A DNA stretch of 64,000 bases. Source: Escherichia coli (GTDB taxonomy: Bacteria; Pseudomonadota; Gammaproteobacteria; Enterobacterales; Enterobacteriaceae). The notes beneath the pieces were generated by a model that saw only the letters and a program-made list of their open reading frames with translations, ran no database searches and had not been told where the DNA came from. The stretch lies in NCBI RefSeq assembly GCF_050920415.1, contig NZ_CP169309.1, one strand, 5' to 3'. The translations under genes were made by a program, and so were the position numbers. Positions 1-14,986 of this stretch are shown one piece after another (the stretch's first letter is position 1; every line of letters starts with the position of its first letter).

Positions 1-66
1 TATAACCAGACTTACGCCCCCGCGATACTTGTGCGGAATCTTACCCTTATTTATCCATCACGGGAA

Positions 67-792
67 TTATTCCGTGATTAAAGTCCCTTCTTTTTCACCC
101 ATTACCACACGGCGCAGCGCACCCGGTTTGTTCATGTTGAAAACACGAATCGGTAATTTATGGTCACGAGCCAGCGTGAAGGCCGCCAGGTCCATGACTT
201 TCAGCTCTTTTTCCAGCACTTCGCTGTAAGTCAGTTGCTCGTACATGGTTGCGGTTGGATCTTTCGCCGGATCAGCGGTAAACACGCCGTCAACTTTGGT
301 TGCTTTCAGCACCACATCAGCTTCAATTTCGATACCACGCAGGCAAGCTGCTGAGTCGGTGGTAAAGAACGGGTTACCTGTACCGGCGGAGAGGATCACC
401 ACACGGTTGTTGCGCAACAAGCTGATAGCTTCTGCCCAGCTGTAGCTGTCGCACACGCCATTCAATGGAATAGCGGACATCAGACGAGCGTTCACATAGG
501 CGCGGTGCAGTGCATCACGCATTGCCAGGCCGTTCATTACGGTCGCCAGCATTCCCATGTGGTCGCCCACAACGCGGTTCATACCCGCTTTCGCCAGACC
601 AGCGCCACGGAACAGGTTACCCCCACCAATCACCACACCAACCTGAATACCCAGTTCAACCAGTTCTTTGATTTCCTGAGCCATGCGATCCAGTATGCTT
701 GCATCAATACCGAAGCCTTCCGTGCCCTGCAGAGCTTCGCCACTCAACTTAAGCAGAATGCGTTTATAGACGGGTTTTGCATTGGTAGCCAT
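67..792 (-). CDS. pyrH: UMP kinase
   Basis: 241 aa [24 protein letters not shown]..., recognised as PyrH; length matches. Confidence 0.95.
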   Translation of the reverse strand: MATNAKPVYKRILLKLSGEALQGTEGFGIDASILDRMAQEIKELVELGIQVGVVIGGGNLFRGAGLAKAGMNRVVGDHMGMLATVMNGLAMRDALHRAYVNARLMSAIPLNGVCDSYSWAEAISLLRNNRVVILSAGTGNPFFTTDSAACLRGIEIEADVVLKATKVDGVFTADPAKDPTATMYEQLTYSEVLEKELKVMDLAAFTLARDHKLPIRVFNMNKPGALRRVVMGEKEGTLITE

Positions 793-902
793 GTTTCTTT
801 CCTGAGACTGTCAACGATTGAAATGAATTAATACCGGCGACATTGTACGTCGCTTTTCAGCGCAGCCCCATAAGGGTTAGCTGAATTTACAAGATGGGCG
901 CA

Positions 903-934
903 AAAAGAAGCCGCCCTCAGGCGGCTCCTTTTCG
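903..934 (-). terminator. intrinsic terminator downstream of tsf
   Basis: minus-strand hairpin GCCGCC-TGA-GGGCGGC followed by TTCTTTTT immediately after the tsf stop. Confidence 0.6.
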
Positions 935-938
935 ATAA

Positions 939-1790
939 TTAAGACTGCTTGGACATCGCAGCAACTTCTGCTGCAAAGTCAGTCTCAACTTTCTCGATGC
1001 CTTCACCTACTTCGAAGCGGATGAAGCCAGTCACTTCAGCGTTATGCTCTTTCAGCAGCTGACCAACAGTTTTGCTTGGTTCCATAACGAACGGCTGACC
1101 GGTCAGAGAAACTTCGCCGGTGAATTTCTTCATGCGGCCTTCAACCATTTTCTCTGCGATTTCTTTCGGCTTACCAGACTGCATCGCGATATCCAGCTGA
1201 ACCTGGTATTCTTTCTCTACCACTTCAGCGGAAACATCTTCCGGTTTGATGAATTCTGGTTTGCTTGCAGCAACGTGCATAGCGATGTGTTTAACCAGCT
1301 CTTCGTCAGCGCCTTTAGCAGCAACCAGAACGCCGATACGCGCACCGTGCTGATAAGAACCCAGAACGTCGCCTTCCAGCGCAGCAACGCGGCGAATGTT
1401 GATGTTTTCACCAATTTTCGCTACCAGCGCAACACGTTCTTCTTCGAACTGTGCTTTCAGAACTTCAACGTCAGTGATTTTGCCAGCAACAGCTGCGTCC
1501 AGAACTTTGTCTGCGAACGCCTGGAAACCAGCGTCTTTTGCAACGAAGTCAGTCTGGCAGTTAACTTCCAGAATGATGCCGTAGTTGCCGTCGATTTTGG
1601 TTTTGATCACGCCGTCAGCAGCAACGTTGCCTGCTTTTTTCGCTGCTTTGATAGCACCGGACTTACGCATGTTTTCGATTGCCAGCTCGATGTCGCCGTT
1701 AGCTTCAGTCAGTGCTTTTTTGCAATCCATCATGCCTGCGCCAGTACGCTCACGCAGCTCTTTTACCAGGGATGCGGTAATTTCAGCCAT
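939..1790 (-). CDS. tsf: elongation factor Ts
   Basis: 283 aa [30 protein letters not shown]...; length matches EF-Ts. Confidence 0.95.
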
Positions 1791-1905
1791 TCTAAAATCC
1801 TCGGAGATGTGATCTGCCCGGCATTAAACCGCACAGATATAAAAGTGAAAAAGGGGGCCATATGCAGGCCCCCTAACCAAACGTGTACTACCTGGTCTAT
1901 AAGGG

Positions 1906-2030
1906 CTCTCCCCCTTCATATTTCGCGCCGCAGATGCGTTGTCTTCGCTCGCTCATCCCGGTCACTTACTGATGTAAGCTCCCGGGAATTCTCGAGCTTG
2001 CCGCCTTTCTGCAACTCGAACTATTTTGGG
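1906..2030 (-). repeat. ERIC/IRU-like imperfect palindromic repeat in tsf-rpsB intergenic region
   Basis: hand alignment: about 86% identity over a 77-nt core to the reverse complement of the ERIC copy at 44556-44682, with changes on both palindrome arms (CCCCAG/CTGGGG vs CCCGG/CCGGG). Confidence 0.5.
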
Positions 2031-2047
2031 GGAGTTATCAAGCCTTA

Positions 2048-2995
<948 letters not shown>

Positions 2996-3140
2996 TCAGA
3001 CGATGAATTTTCTATTATAGAAAACGTTCAGTGGCACGTTTGGCGAAATTCAGAATGATTCTCAATTTGCCCGGGTGTGATACCATTGACGACACTTACA
3101 TATATATTGTCGGTATCACCGACGCTGATGGACAGAATTA

Positions 3141-3935
3141 ATGGCTATCTCAATCAAGACCCCAGAAGATATCGAAAAAATGCGCGTCGCTGGCCGACTG
3201 GCTGCCGAAGTGCTGGAAATGATCGAACCGTATGTTAAACCGGGCGTCAGCACCGGCGAGCTGGATCGCATCTGTAATGATTACATTGTTAATGAACAAC
3301 ACGCGGTTTCTGCCTGCCTCGGCTATCACGGCTATCCGAAATCCGTTTGCATCTCTATTAATGAAGTGGTGTGCCACGGTATCCCGGACGACGCCAAGCT
3401 GCTGAAAGATGGCGATATCGTTAACATTGATGTCACCGTAATCAAAGATGGTTTCCACGGCGACACCTCGAAAATGTTTATCGTCGGTAAGCCGACCATC
3501 ATGGGCGAACGTCTGTGCCGCGTAACGCAAGAGAGTCTTTACCTGGCGCTACGCATGGTAAAACCGGGCATTAATCTGCGCGAAATCGGCGCGGCGATTC
3601 AGAAATTTGTCGAAGCAGAAGGCTTCTCCGTCGTTCGTGAATATTGCGGACACGGTATTGGTCGCGGCTTCCATGAAGAACCGCAGGTGCTGCATTATGA
3701 CTCCCGTGAAACCAACGTCGTGCTGAAGCCGGGAATGACCTTCACCATCGAGCCAATGGTCAACGCGGGTAAAAAAGAGATCCGCACCATGAAAGATGGC
3801 TGGACGGTAAAAACCAAAGATCGCAGCTTGTCTGCACAATATGAGCATACTATTGTGGTGACTGATAACGGCTGCGAAATTCTGACGTTACGCAAGGATG
3901 ACACCATCCCGGCGATAATCTCGCACGACGAATAA
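3141..3935 (+). CDS. map: methionine aminopeptidase
   Basis: 264 aa ORF MAISIKTPEDIEKMRVAGRLAAEVL... Confidence 0.95.
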   Translation: MAISIKTPEDIEKMRVAGRLAAEVLEMIEPYVKPGVSTGELDRICNDYIVNEQHAVSACLGYHGYPKSVCISINEVVCHGIPDDAKLLKDGDIVNIDVTVIKDGFHGDTSKMFIVGKPTIMGERLCRVTQESLYLALRMVKPGINLREIGAAIQKFVEAEGFSVVREYCGHGIGRGFHEEPQVLHYDSRETNVVLKPGMTFTIEPMVNAGKKEIRTMKDGWTVKTKDRSLSAQYEHTIVVTDNGCEILTLRKDDTIPAIISHDE

Positions 3936-3938
3936 GAT

Positions 3939-3964
3939 GAAGCCGGCGAATGCCGGCTTTTTTA
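3939..3964 (+). terminator. intrinsic terminator after map
   Basis: GCCGGC-GAAT-GCCGGC stem followed by TTTTTT. Confidence 0.7.
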
Positions 3965-3978
3965 ATGCGATAATTTAA

Positions 3979-6669
<2,691 letters not shown>

Positions 6670-6699
6670 TGTGTTTACTGATATGAAAAGAGTTTAACA

Positions 6700-7524
6700 A
6701 TGCAGCAGTTACAGAACATTATTGAAACCGCTTTTGAACGCCGTGCCGAGATCACCCCAGCCAATGCAGACACCGTTACCCGCGAAGCGGTAAATCAGGT
6801 GATCGCCCTGCTGGATTCCGGCGCACTGCGTGTTGCGGAAAAAATTGACGGTCAGTGGGTGACGCATCAGTGGTTGAAAAAAGCGGTGCTGCTCTCTTTC
6901 CGTATTAATGATAATCAGGTGATCGAAGGGGCAGAAAGCCGCTACTTCGACAAAGTGCCGATGAAATTCGCTAACTACGATGAAGCACGTTTCCAGAAAG
7001 AAGGCTTCCGCGTCGTGCCACCAGCGGCAGTGCGTCAGGGCGCGTTCATTGCCCGTAACACCGTGCTGATGCCGTCTTACGTCAACATCGGCGCATATGT
7101 TGATGAAGGCACCATGGTTGATACCTGGGCGACCGTCGGTTCCTGTGCGCAGATTGGTAAAAACGTCCACCTTTCCGGTGGCGTGGGTATCGGCGGCGTG
7201 CTGGAGCCGCTGCAGGCTAACCCGACCATTATTGAAGATAACTGCTTCATCGGCGCACGCTCTGAAGTGGTTGAAGGGGTGATTGTCGAAGAAGGTTCCG
7301 TCATCTCTATGGGCGTATACATTGGTCAGAGCACCCGTATTTACGACCGTGAAACCGGCGAAATCCACTACGGTCGCGTTCCGGCTGGTTCGGTGGTTGT
7401 GTCAGGTAATCTGCCGTCGAAAGATGGCAAATACAGCCTCTACTGTGCGGTTATCGTTAAGAAAGTTGACGCGAAAACTCGCGGCAAAGTCGGCATTAAC
7501 GAACTGCTACGCACCATCGACTAA
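6700..7524 (+). CDS. dapD: tetrahydrodipicolinate N-succinyltransferase
   Basis: 274 aa [27 protein letters not shown]...; hexapeptide-repeat region. Confidence 0.95.
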
Positions 7525-7535
7525 AAGTCAGTACA

Positions 7536-7564
7536 CGGGCAGCATGAAGCTGCCCGTTTTTTTA
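7536..7564 (+). terminator. intrinsic terminator after dapD
   Basis: GGGCAGC-ATGAA-GCTGCCC stem followed by GTTTTTTT. Confidence 0.7.
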
Positions 7565-7573
7565 CAGGGATGA

Positions 7574-8389
7574 ATGATGATCACACGCAGGCGTTTTTTA
7601 CAGGCTGCCGCCGCGACGTTAACGGTGAGTTCAGGTTTCGGTTATATGCATTACCTGGAACCCGGCTGGCTTGAATTAAGCCATCACCGCTTCGCCTTTT
7701 TTGAAGAAAAAGCCGCACCATTCAAAATTCTGTTTCTGGCCGATCTCCATTACTCTCGTTTTGTTCCTTTAAGCCTGATTTCTGACGCTATTGTCCTTGG
7801 CGTAGCGCAAAAACCTGATTTGATTTTGCTGGGTGGCGATTATGTTTTATTTGATATGCCGCTGAATTTTTCGGCGTTCAGTGACGTACTCTCTCCCCTT
7901 GCCAAATGTGCACCGACATTTGCCTGTTTTGGCAATCACGATCACCCCGTGGGTACAGAGAAAAATCGCTTAATTGGCGAGGCGTTAAAATCGGCGGGGA
8001 TCACTGTGTTGTTTAACCAGGCAACGGTAATCGCCACATCAAAACGGCAATTTGAACTGGTTGGCACTGGTGATTTATGGGCCGGACAATGCAAACCACC
8101 TCCCGCCAGCGAAGCAAATCTGCCTCGTCTGGTGCTGGCACATAATCCCGACAGCAAAGAAGTCATACGTGATGAACCCTGGGATCTGATGCTGTGCGGC
8201 CATACTCACGGCGGGCAACTGCGCGTACCGTTGGTTGGTGAACCTTTTGCCCCTGTCGAAGATAAACGTTACGTCGCCGGATTAAATGCCTTTGGCGAAC
8301 GACACATCTACACAACCCGTGGCGTGGGCAGTTTGTATGGTTTGCGTCTGAACTGCCGCCCGGAAGTAACGATGCTGGAACTGGTGTAG
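7574..8389 (+). CDS. yaeI: Tat-signal metallophosphoesterase (calcineurin-like phosphodiesterase)
   Basis: 271 aa; N-terminal RRRFLQAAAA twin-arginine motif; GDxxxxD...GNHD...GHTH metallophosphatase motifs. Confidence 0.85.
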   Translation: MMITRRRFLQAAAATLTVSSGFGYMHYLEPGWLELSHHRFAFFEEKAAPFKILFLADLHYSRFVPLSLISDAIVLGVAQKPDLILLGGDYVLFDMPLNFSAFSDVLSPLAKCAPTFACFGNHDHPVGTEKNRLIGEALKSAGITVLFNQATVIATSKRQFELVGTGDLWAGQCKPPPASEANLPRLVLAHNPDSKEVIRDEPWDLMLCGHTHGGQLRVPLVGEPFAPVEDKRYVAGLNAFGERHIYTTRGVGSLYGLRLNCRPEVTMLELV

Positions 8390-8550
8390 AACGTGAATTT
8401 TATCGCCAGAATAAAGCAGGTAATTTTTTGATTTTTACGCCATGATAGAAGTCTGGAAGAAAAAGGCTTTCTGCGATCACAGTCGAGCCGGGCGGGCCAG
8501 GCCAAATGCTAAAATAAGCACAATTTACTGACTCATTTTGAGGTAACGCT

Positions 8551-8937
8551 ATGTACGACAATCTGAAAAGTCTGGGTATTACCAATCCTGAAGAAATTGA
8601 TCGTTACAGCCTCCGGCAGGAAGCCAACAACGATATTCTGAAAATCTATTTCCAGAAAGACAAAGGCGAGTTTTTCGCCAAGAGCGTGAAATTTAAATAT
8701 CCACGTCAGCGCAAAACGGTAGTCGCTGATGGTGTGGGTCAAGGTTATAAAGAAGTACAGGAAATCAGCCCGAACCTGCGGTATATCATTGATGAACTTG
8801 ATCAAATCTGCCAGCGTGACCGCAGCGAAGTTGATCTTAAGCGTAAGATCCTCGACGACTTACGTCACCTGGAGTCAGTAGTAACCAATAAGATCAGCGA
8901 GATTGAAGCCGATCTGGAAAAACTGACGCGTAAATAA
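8551..8937 (+). CDS. yaeH: DUF3461 family protein
   Basis: 128 aa [26 protein letters not shown]...; synteny. Confidence 0.85.
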   Translation: MYDNLKSLGITNPEEIDRYSLRQEANNDILKIYFQKDKGEFFAKSVKFKYPRQRKTVVADGVGQGYKEVQEISPNLRYIIDELDQICQRDRSEVDLKRKILDDLRHLESVVTNKISEIEADLEKLTRK

Positions 8938-8949
8938 TGTCATTCTGTG

Positions 8950-8982
8950 GGCCGGGTAAAGTCTCACCCGGCTGTAATTTTG
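8950..8982 (+). terminator. terminator hairpin between convergent yaeH and cdaR
   Basis: GCCGGGT-loop-ACCCGGC followed by TGTAATTTTG. Confidence 0.5.
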
Positions 8983-8990
8983 TAATCGAC

Positions 8991-10148
8991 CTACCGCTCT
9001 TCATCCAGTTGTAACGCCACATACAGCAGCAACCTGTCATCAAAATTGCCCAAATCAAGCCCGGTCAGTTCCGATATACGATTAAGCCGATACTCAAGAG
9101 TATTACGATGAATAAACAACGCCTTTGACGTTGCCAGCGGTTGCACATTGTGGCGAAACCACGCCGCCAGCGTTCGCCGCAGCAAGCCGTTATTGTCCAT
9201 CGCTTTCAGCCGCGCCAGCGGTCGCGCCAGTTCGTTGGCCTGCCAGTCGCCACGCAAACTGTCGAGCAACACAGGCAACATCAGATCCTGATAAAAATAG
9301 CAGCGACTTTCGGGCATCCGCTGTTTACCCACCACCATCGTCGTTTTCGCCGTACGATAAGAGCGGGCAATACTGCCTGGTCCGGTAAAATAGTTACCCA
9401 GCGAAACGCGAAAACGTAGCTGACCATACTCTTTCATGCGGGCAATCAGTTGTTCAACTCGCTTACGATGATCTTCTGCATCCCAGCGCCCAAACGAATT
9501 CAACGCCGGTTTCAACACCACCATTTCGGTCAGTGAAACAATCGCCACCAGATTATTACGCTCGGGTGTAGTCAGCGCGTTTTGCAGTTGCTGTAACTCC
9601 GCCATTGCGCTGTCCACGCCAAGTTGACCGCTATCGACCTCAACAATAGCCACCACTCGCGGTTGATTGAGATCGATCCCCAGCCGTTGCGCCCATTCAG
9701 TGAGTGCAGGAGTATTCTCCTCCGCCTGAATCAGGTTCATCACCAGTTCTTCCCGCAAACGGCTATCCTGCGCCAACAGATGCATCAACCGCGACTGTTC
9801 CAGCATCATTTCAGCCGTCATGCAGACCAGTTCGCCATATTTACGCAGATTCTCTGGTTCACCAGTCAGGCCGATTACGCCGACAATTTCACCTTCCAGC
9901 CGTAATGGTAGATTAATCCCCTGCCGCACACCGTGCAGATGACGTGCCACCGCGTCATCGATATCAACTACTCGTCCCTGTGAAAGTACCAGCAATGCAC
10001 CTTCGTGCAATTCACCAATACGCTCACGATCGCCGCTGCCGATAATACGCCCGCGGGCATCCATTACGTTAATATTGGTATCAATGATGCGCATGGTGCG
10101 CGCCACGATATCCTGCGCCATTTTGGTATCAAGATGCCAGCCAGCCAT
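8991..10148 (-). CDS. cdaR: carbohydrate diacid regulator (sugar-diacid regulon activator)
   Basis: 385 aa from MAGWHLDTKMAQDIVARTMRIID...; C-terminal PucR-type HTH; track ORF extends 6 codons upstream. Confidence 0.85.
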   Translation of the reverse strand: MAGWHLDTKMAQDIVARTMRIIDTNINVMDARGRIIGSGDRERIGELHEGALLVLSQGRVVDIDDAVARHLHGVRQGINLPLRLEGEIVGVIGLTGEPENLRKYGELVCMTAEMMLEQSRLMHLLAQDSRLREELVMNLIQAEENTPALTEWAQRLGIDLNQPRVVAIVEVDSGQLGVDSAMAELQQLQNALTTPERNNLVAIVSLTEMVVLKPALNSFGRWDAEDHRKRVEQLIARMKEYGQLRFRVSLGNYFTGPGSIARSYRTAKTTMVVGKQRMPESRCYFYQDLMLPVLLDSLRGDWQANELARPLARLKAMDNNGLLRRTLAAWFRHNVQPLATSKALFIHRNTLEYRLNRISELTGLDLGNFDDRLLLYVALQLDEER

Positions 10149-10302
10149 AAGTCCTCCGTTATGCACGGCTTAGCATAAGGAAGTACGTAACGTACGGCAT
10201 TGTGCAAATGCCCAAAGGATGAGGAAGATGTATGGAGTTGTGGTGAAGTTCACAGATTGTAAGGAGAACCCCTTCCCGTTTTCAGGAAGGGGTTGAGGAA
10301 GA

Positions 10303-11727
10303 TTACTGCATTAACAGATAGATGGTGCTGTCGCCGCGCTGAATATTCAGTGCCAGCACAGACGGTTTGCTGTCGAGAACTTTACGCAGTTCAGCGATGT
10401 TTTTCACTGCCTGCTGGTTCGCACCAATAATCACATCACCTTTCTTCAGGCCGATCTGCGCAGCCGGAGTGCCCGTTTTCACGTTGTTCACCACCACGCC
10501 CTGATCTTTGCCTTTGTTGCTCATCTCAGCGCCTTCAATGCCGTTGAAGATGGTGCTGGAATCAACCTGATTCTGGCTGCTCTGCTGCAGTTCCAGGTTC
10601 ACGTTAACCTGCTTCCCGTCGCGCAGTAAGCCCAGGGTCAGTTTGCTGCCTACCGGCATAGTGCCCACCTGAGCACGCAGTGCGGCAAAGCTGCTGATTG
10701 GCTTACCGTTCAGTGAGGTGATCACATCACCCGCTTTAATGCCCGCTTTCGCGGCGGAAGAGTTCGGCAGAACCTGGCTTACGAAAGCACCGCGCTGGGC
10801 GTCAACTTTCATCGCTTTCGCCAGATCGGAGTTCAGCTCAGTGCCCATAATACCCAGCTCACCACGTTTCACCTGGCCGTATTCCACCATCTGCGAGGTC
10901 AGGTTTTTCACCATGTTGCTCGGGATAGCAAAACCGATACCGATGTTTCCGCCGTCCGGTGCGAGGATCGCGGTGTTGATACCAATCAGTTCGCCGTTCA
11001 GGTTAACCAGCGCGCCACCAGAGTTACCCCGGTTGATCGCAGCATCGGTCTGGATGAAGTTTTCATAGTTTTCGGCATTCAGACCGCTACGCCCCAGCGC
11101 AGAGACAATCCCGGAAGTTACCGTCTCGCCCAGACCAAACGGGTTACCAATTGCTACGGTGTAATCACCCACGCGCAGTGCATCAGAATCCGCCATCTTA
11201 ATTGCGGTCAGATTTTTCGGGTTCTGGATCTGGATCAGCGCGATATCAGAGCGCGGATCTTTGCCAACCATCTTCGCGTCGAACTTACGACCATCGCTCA
11301 GCTGGACTTTAATCACCGTCGCGTTATCAACAACGTGGTTGTTGGTGACGACATAGCCTTTATCGGCATCAATGATGACGCCGGAACCCAGCGCCATGAA
11401 TTTCTGTTGTTGGCCGCCGCCATTACCGCCCTGGCCCCCCTGGCAGAACGGAGAGCTCTGGAACGGAGAACCTTCCTGGCAGAACGGAGAATCATCACCG
11501 AAGAACTGCTGGAAATTACGCGGCATACGCGGCGTATTAACGGTTGTGCTACCTTCTACGTTAATGCTGACCACTGAAGGCATCACCTTTTCGAGCATCG
11601 GTGCAAGGCTTGGCATCTGCTGGGCTGTCGTTGCTGAAGAAGTCTCAGCCGCCGTTGCAGAGAGCGGAGATAACGCCAAACCTAAACTCAGAGCCAGTGC
11701 ACTCAGTGCTAATGTGGTTTTTTTCAT
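10303..11727 (-). CDS. degP: periplasmic serine endoprotease DegP/HtrA
   Basis: 474 aa; signal peptide, trypsin-like GNSGGAL motif, two PDZ domains. Confidence 0.95.
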   Translation of the reverse strand: MKKTTLALSALALSLGLALSPLSATAAETSSATTAQQMPSLAPMLEKVMPSVVSINVEGSTTVNTPRMPRNFQQFFGDDSPFCQEGSPFQSSPFCQGGQGGNGGGQQQKFMALGSGVIIDADKGYVVTNNHVVDNATVIKVQLSDGRKFDAKMVGKDPRSDIALIQIQNPKNLTAIKMADSDALRVGDYTVAIGNPFGLGETVTSGIVSALGRSGLNAENYENFIQTDAAINRGNSGGALVNLNGELIGINTAILAPDGGNIGIGFAIPSNMVKNLTSQMVEYGQVKRGELGIMGTELNSDLAKAMKVDAQRGAFVSQVLPNSSAAKAGIKAGDVITSLNGKPISSFAALRAQVGTMPVGSKLTLGLLRDGKQVNVNLELQQSSQNQVDSSTIFNGIEGAEMSNKGKDQGVVVNNVKTGTPAAQIGLKKGDVIIGANQQAVKNIAELRKVLDSKPSVLALNIQRGDSTIYLLMQ

Positions 11728-11772
11728 GTATTTCAGTCTCGATTAACAGATAACGCAAAATTGCTGTGTTCT

Positions 11773-11800
11773 TCAGATTCGTTTTATAGCGCGAAGTTCC
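11773..11800 (-). promoter_or_regulatory. sigma-E type promoter upstream of degP
   Basis: minus strand reads GGAACTT - 16 nt - TCTGA, matching the sigma-E -35/-10 consensus, about 50 bp upstream of the degP start. Confidence 0.65.
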
Positions 11801-11856
11801 GAACTAAAGTTTCTGCAAAAGGTAAAAATTTATTGTTCGTCTTTACAAAAGCCTGG

Positions 11857-13374
11857 TTATTGTTCTACGGCCATCAGACGTCGGTATTCATCCCAGGCAT
11901 AGAGGTCGGTCATACCGCTGATATAATCCTGCAGCAGGCGGCAACGGTAATAATATTCCCATAGCGGAAACTCAGGAGAATCTGACGGTAATTTACTGAC
12001 AGCCTCGACATAGGCCAGCCGATGGCGCGTCGAGAGTTTGTGGAATAAGCGCGATTCAATAGGGAAACGTTTCACCCGTTCTTTTTCTACCAGTTCAGTA
12101 AAGTCTGATAACGACAGGCTTAATAAAGGGCGATAAATCTCTAATAATCCGCTAATGACCCGATAGCCCTGCAATTCAAGCTGCTCGACATCTGGATGGC
12201 TAAACACATGTTTTACAGCGACATTTTTATATAGCTTTAGAAGATCGCTGCATTCGCTGGCATCTTCCAATAATGCATGATTAAACGTTCCGGCGAAAAT
12301 CGCAGGCAGATTATCAATAAATCGTTGTGCTGCGTAGGGTACCAGTTTATTTAGGGTGTTTACCCGTAAATACATAAAAAACTGATCTTCCGTACTGCGG
12401 CTTAAACTATTTGAGCGTGATTTTTCCCAGGCATTTTCAACCACCAGCGAAAAGAGCGAACCTTTCTCATGCTGGCCCCACGCTTCGTGCAAATGATGAT
12501 AAAGCTGCTCAACGCTGAATATTCTTTTCTCTACCGCATCTTCAAGATCTGCCACACAATAGGAGATGTCGTCGGCAGCTTCCATAATCCACGTTAATGG
12601 AAAACGACTGTAAAGCGCCAAATTAAGTTCTTTACGCAACCGGGCAATATAAGCTTCTTCAGAAAGATAATAACCCGGCTTTTTCATTAAATAGTGATGT
12701 GTCTCAGGCGTTTCGCCACGCCACCACGCCGGACGGGTATATTTTAAAATACCGCCAACCTGTGCCCAGGTGAGATTCATCCGCATCAATGTATGCACCA
12801 GACGAATACCTTGTGCATTCCCCTCAAAATGGCATAAGTCCTGACGAATTTTGCGCCGCAGTTCGTTAAGCGGTTCTTCCCCTTCCCGTAAACGTAATGC
12901 CACCACGCAGCAGCGATCGTCAGTCAGAGGCTGGCTTTCGGCATCAGCCGGAAACAAACGCTGGCGAAACCAGTCATTTATCGCCGCTTCACCAAAATGG
13001 CCAAACGGCGGATTGCCGATATCGTGCATCAGGCATGACATCTCAACAATACTTTCAAAGGGGCCGGTCAGTTCATCCAGACCATACTCTTCCAGTAATT
13101 TAAGTTCTTTCAGACGGCTTAAAATTTCTTTGGCGATGTAGCGCCCCACCTGCTGGACTTCCATTGAATGGGTTAGACGCGTGCGCACGGCGGCATTTCG
13201 CTCCAGCGGAAAAACCTGGGTCTTTTGTTGCAGACGACGAATTGCCGGAGAGTTAATAATACGCCCGCGATCGCTCTCAAAGATTCGCAGGATCTCATGT
13301 TCGGTTTTAACGCCCTGTGGTGAACGGTAACGACGATGCCAGTTTATTTTTTTTCGGAAATCAATCTGTGCCAT
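11857..13374 (-). CDS. dgt: dGTP triphosphohydrolase
   Basis: 505 aa ORF; HD-domain motif [10 protein letters not shown]. Confidence 0.95.
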   Translation of the reverse strand: MAQIDFRKKINWHRRYRSPQGVKTEHEILRIFESDRGRIINSPAIRRLQQKTQVFPLERNAAVRTRLTHSMEVQQVGRYIAKEILSRLKELKLLEEYGLDELTGPFESIVEMSCLMHDIGNPPFGHFGEAAINDWFRQRLFPADAESQPLTDDRCCVVALRLREGEEPLNELRRKIRQDLCHFEGNAQGIRLVHTLMRMNLTWAQVGGILKYTRPAWWRGETPETHHYLMKKPGYYLSEEAYIARLRKELNLALYSRFPLTWIMEAADDISYCVADLEDAVEKRIFSVEQLYHHLHEAWGQHEKGSLFSLVVENAWEKSRSNSLSRSTEDQFFMYLRVNTLNKLVPYAAQRFIDNLPAIFAGTFNHALLEDASECSDLLKLYKNVAVKHVFSHPDVEQLELQGYRVISGLLEIYRPLLSLSLSDFTELVEKERVKRFPIESRLFHKLSTRHRLAYVEAVSKLPSDSPEFPLWEYYYRCRLLQDYISGMTDLYAWDEYRRLMAVEQ

Positions 13375-13457
13375 GTCCTCTCCCGCGTGAGAAATACGCT
13401 TCCCCGTAAGCGCATGGTAAACTATGCCTTCAAATCGGGCTTATCGCGAGTAAATCT

Positions 13458-14156
13458 ATGAAAATCGGCATCATTGGTGCAATGGAAGAAGAAGTTACGC
13501 TGCTGCGTGACAAAATCGAAAACCGCCAAACTATCAGTCTGGGCGGTTGCGAAATCTATACCGGCCAACTGAATGGAACCGAAGTTGCGCTTCTGAAATC
13601 GGGCATCGGTAAAGTTGCTGCGGCACTGGGTGCAACTCTGCTGTTGGAACACTGCAAGCCAGATGTGATTATTAACACCGGTTCTGCTGGTGGCCTGGCG
13701 CCAACGCTGAAAGTGGGCGATATCGTTGTCTCGGACGAAGCACGTTATCACGACGCGGATGTCACGGCATTTGGTTACGAATACGGTCAGTTACCTGGCT
13801 GCCCGGCTGGCTTCAAAGCTGACGATAAACTGATCGCTGCCGCTGAGGCCTGCATTGCCGAACTGAATCTTAACGCTGTACGTGGCCTGATTGTCAGCGG
13901 CGACGCTTTCATCAACGGTTCTGTTGGCCTGGCGAAAATCCGCCACAACTTCCCGCAGGCCATTGCTGTAGAGATGGAAGCGACGGCAATCGCTCATGTC
14001 TGCCACAATTTCAACGTCCCGTTTGTTGTCGTACGCGCCATCTCCGACGTGGCCGATCAACAGTCTCATCTTAGCTTCGATGAGTTCCTGGCTGTTGCTG
14101 CTAAACAGTCCAGCCTGATGGTTGAGTCACTGGTGCAGAAACTGGCACATGGCTAA
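13458..14156 (+). CDS. mtnN: 5'-methylthioadenosine/S-adenosylhomocysteine nucleosidase
   Basis: 232 aa [27 protein letters not shown]... Confidence 0.95.
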   Translation: MKIGIIGAMEEEVTLLRDKIENRQTISLGGCEIYTGQLNGTEVALLKSGIGKVAAALGATLLLEHCKPDVIINTGSAGGLAPTLKVGDIVVSDEARYHDADVTAFGYEYGQLPGCPAGFKADDKLIAAAEACIAELNLNAVRGLIVSGDAFINGSVGLAKIRHNFPQAIAVEMEATAIAHVCHNFNVPFVVVRAISDVADQQSHLSFDEFLAVAAKQSSLMVESLVQKLAHG

Positions 14157-14949
14157 GTCACTGTTCAGGGCGCTGGTCGCCCTGTCTTTTCTCGCCCCTC
14201 TGTGGCTCAACGCCGCACCGCGCGTCATCACGCTTTCACCCGCCAACACTGAACTTGCTTTTGCCGCCGGGATCACGCCGGTTGGGGTCAGCAGTTATTC
14301 CGACTACCCTCCACAAGCGCAAAAGATTGAGCAGGTTTCAACCTGGCAGGGGATGAATCTCGAACGCATTGTGGCCCTTAAACCCGATCTGGTGATTGCC
14401 TGGCGTGGAGGTAATGCCGAGCGGCAGGTTGACCAGTTAGCTTCGCTGGGAATAAAAGTGATGTGGGTCGATGCGACAAGCATTGAACAAATTGCCAATG
14501 CGTTACGTCAACTGGCCCCCTGGAGCCCACAACCGGACAAGGCTGAACAAGCCGCGCAATCCCTGCTGGACCAGTACGCACAATTGAAAGCGCAATATGC
14601 TGATAAACCTAAAAAACGTGTTTTTCTGCAATTCGGCATTAATCCGCCATTTACCAGTGGAAAAGAGTCGATTCAAAACCAGGTACTCGAAGTTTGTGGC
14701 GGAGAAAACATCTTTAAAGACAGCCGGGTTCCCTGGCCGCAAGTTAGCCGCGAACAGGTGTTAGCACGCGCGCCACAGGCGATTGTCATTACAGGTGGAC
14801 CGGACCAAATTCCTAAAATCAAACAATACTGGGGTGAACAGCTCAAAATTCCCGTTATTCCTCTCACGAGTGACTGGTTTGAACGTGCAAGCCCACGTAT
14901 TATCCTCGCTGCACAACAGCTCTGTAATGCGCTTTCACAGGTAGATTAG
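14149..14949 (+). CDS. btuF: vitamin B12 periplasmic binding protein
   Basis: 266 aa from [24 protein letters not shown] (signal peptide); overlaps mtnN stop by 8 nt; track ORF extends 9 codons upstream. Confidence 0.9.
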   Translation: MAKSLFRALVALSFLAPLWLNAAPRVITLSPANTELAFAAGITPVGVSSYSDYPPQAQKIEQVSTWQGMNLERIVALKPDLVIAWRGGNAERQVDQLASLGIKVMWVDATSIEQIANALRQLAPWSPQPDKAEQAAQSLLDQYAQLKAQYADKPKKRVFLQFGINPPFTSGKESIQNQVLEVCGGENIFKDSRVPWPQVSREQVLARAPQAIVITGGPDQIPKIKQYWGEQLKIPVIPLTSDWFERASPRIILAAQQLCNALSQVD

Positions 14950-14986
14950 CGCCTGATCTTTTCAGGTGCTCAGTGGGGATAGAACA

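Noticed and set aside
6709-7368. 219 aa minus-strand ORF
   Set aside because: Antisense to dapD; shadow frame.
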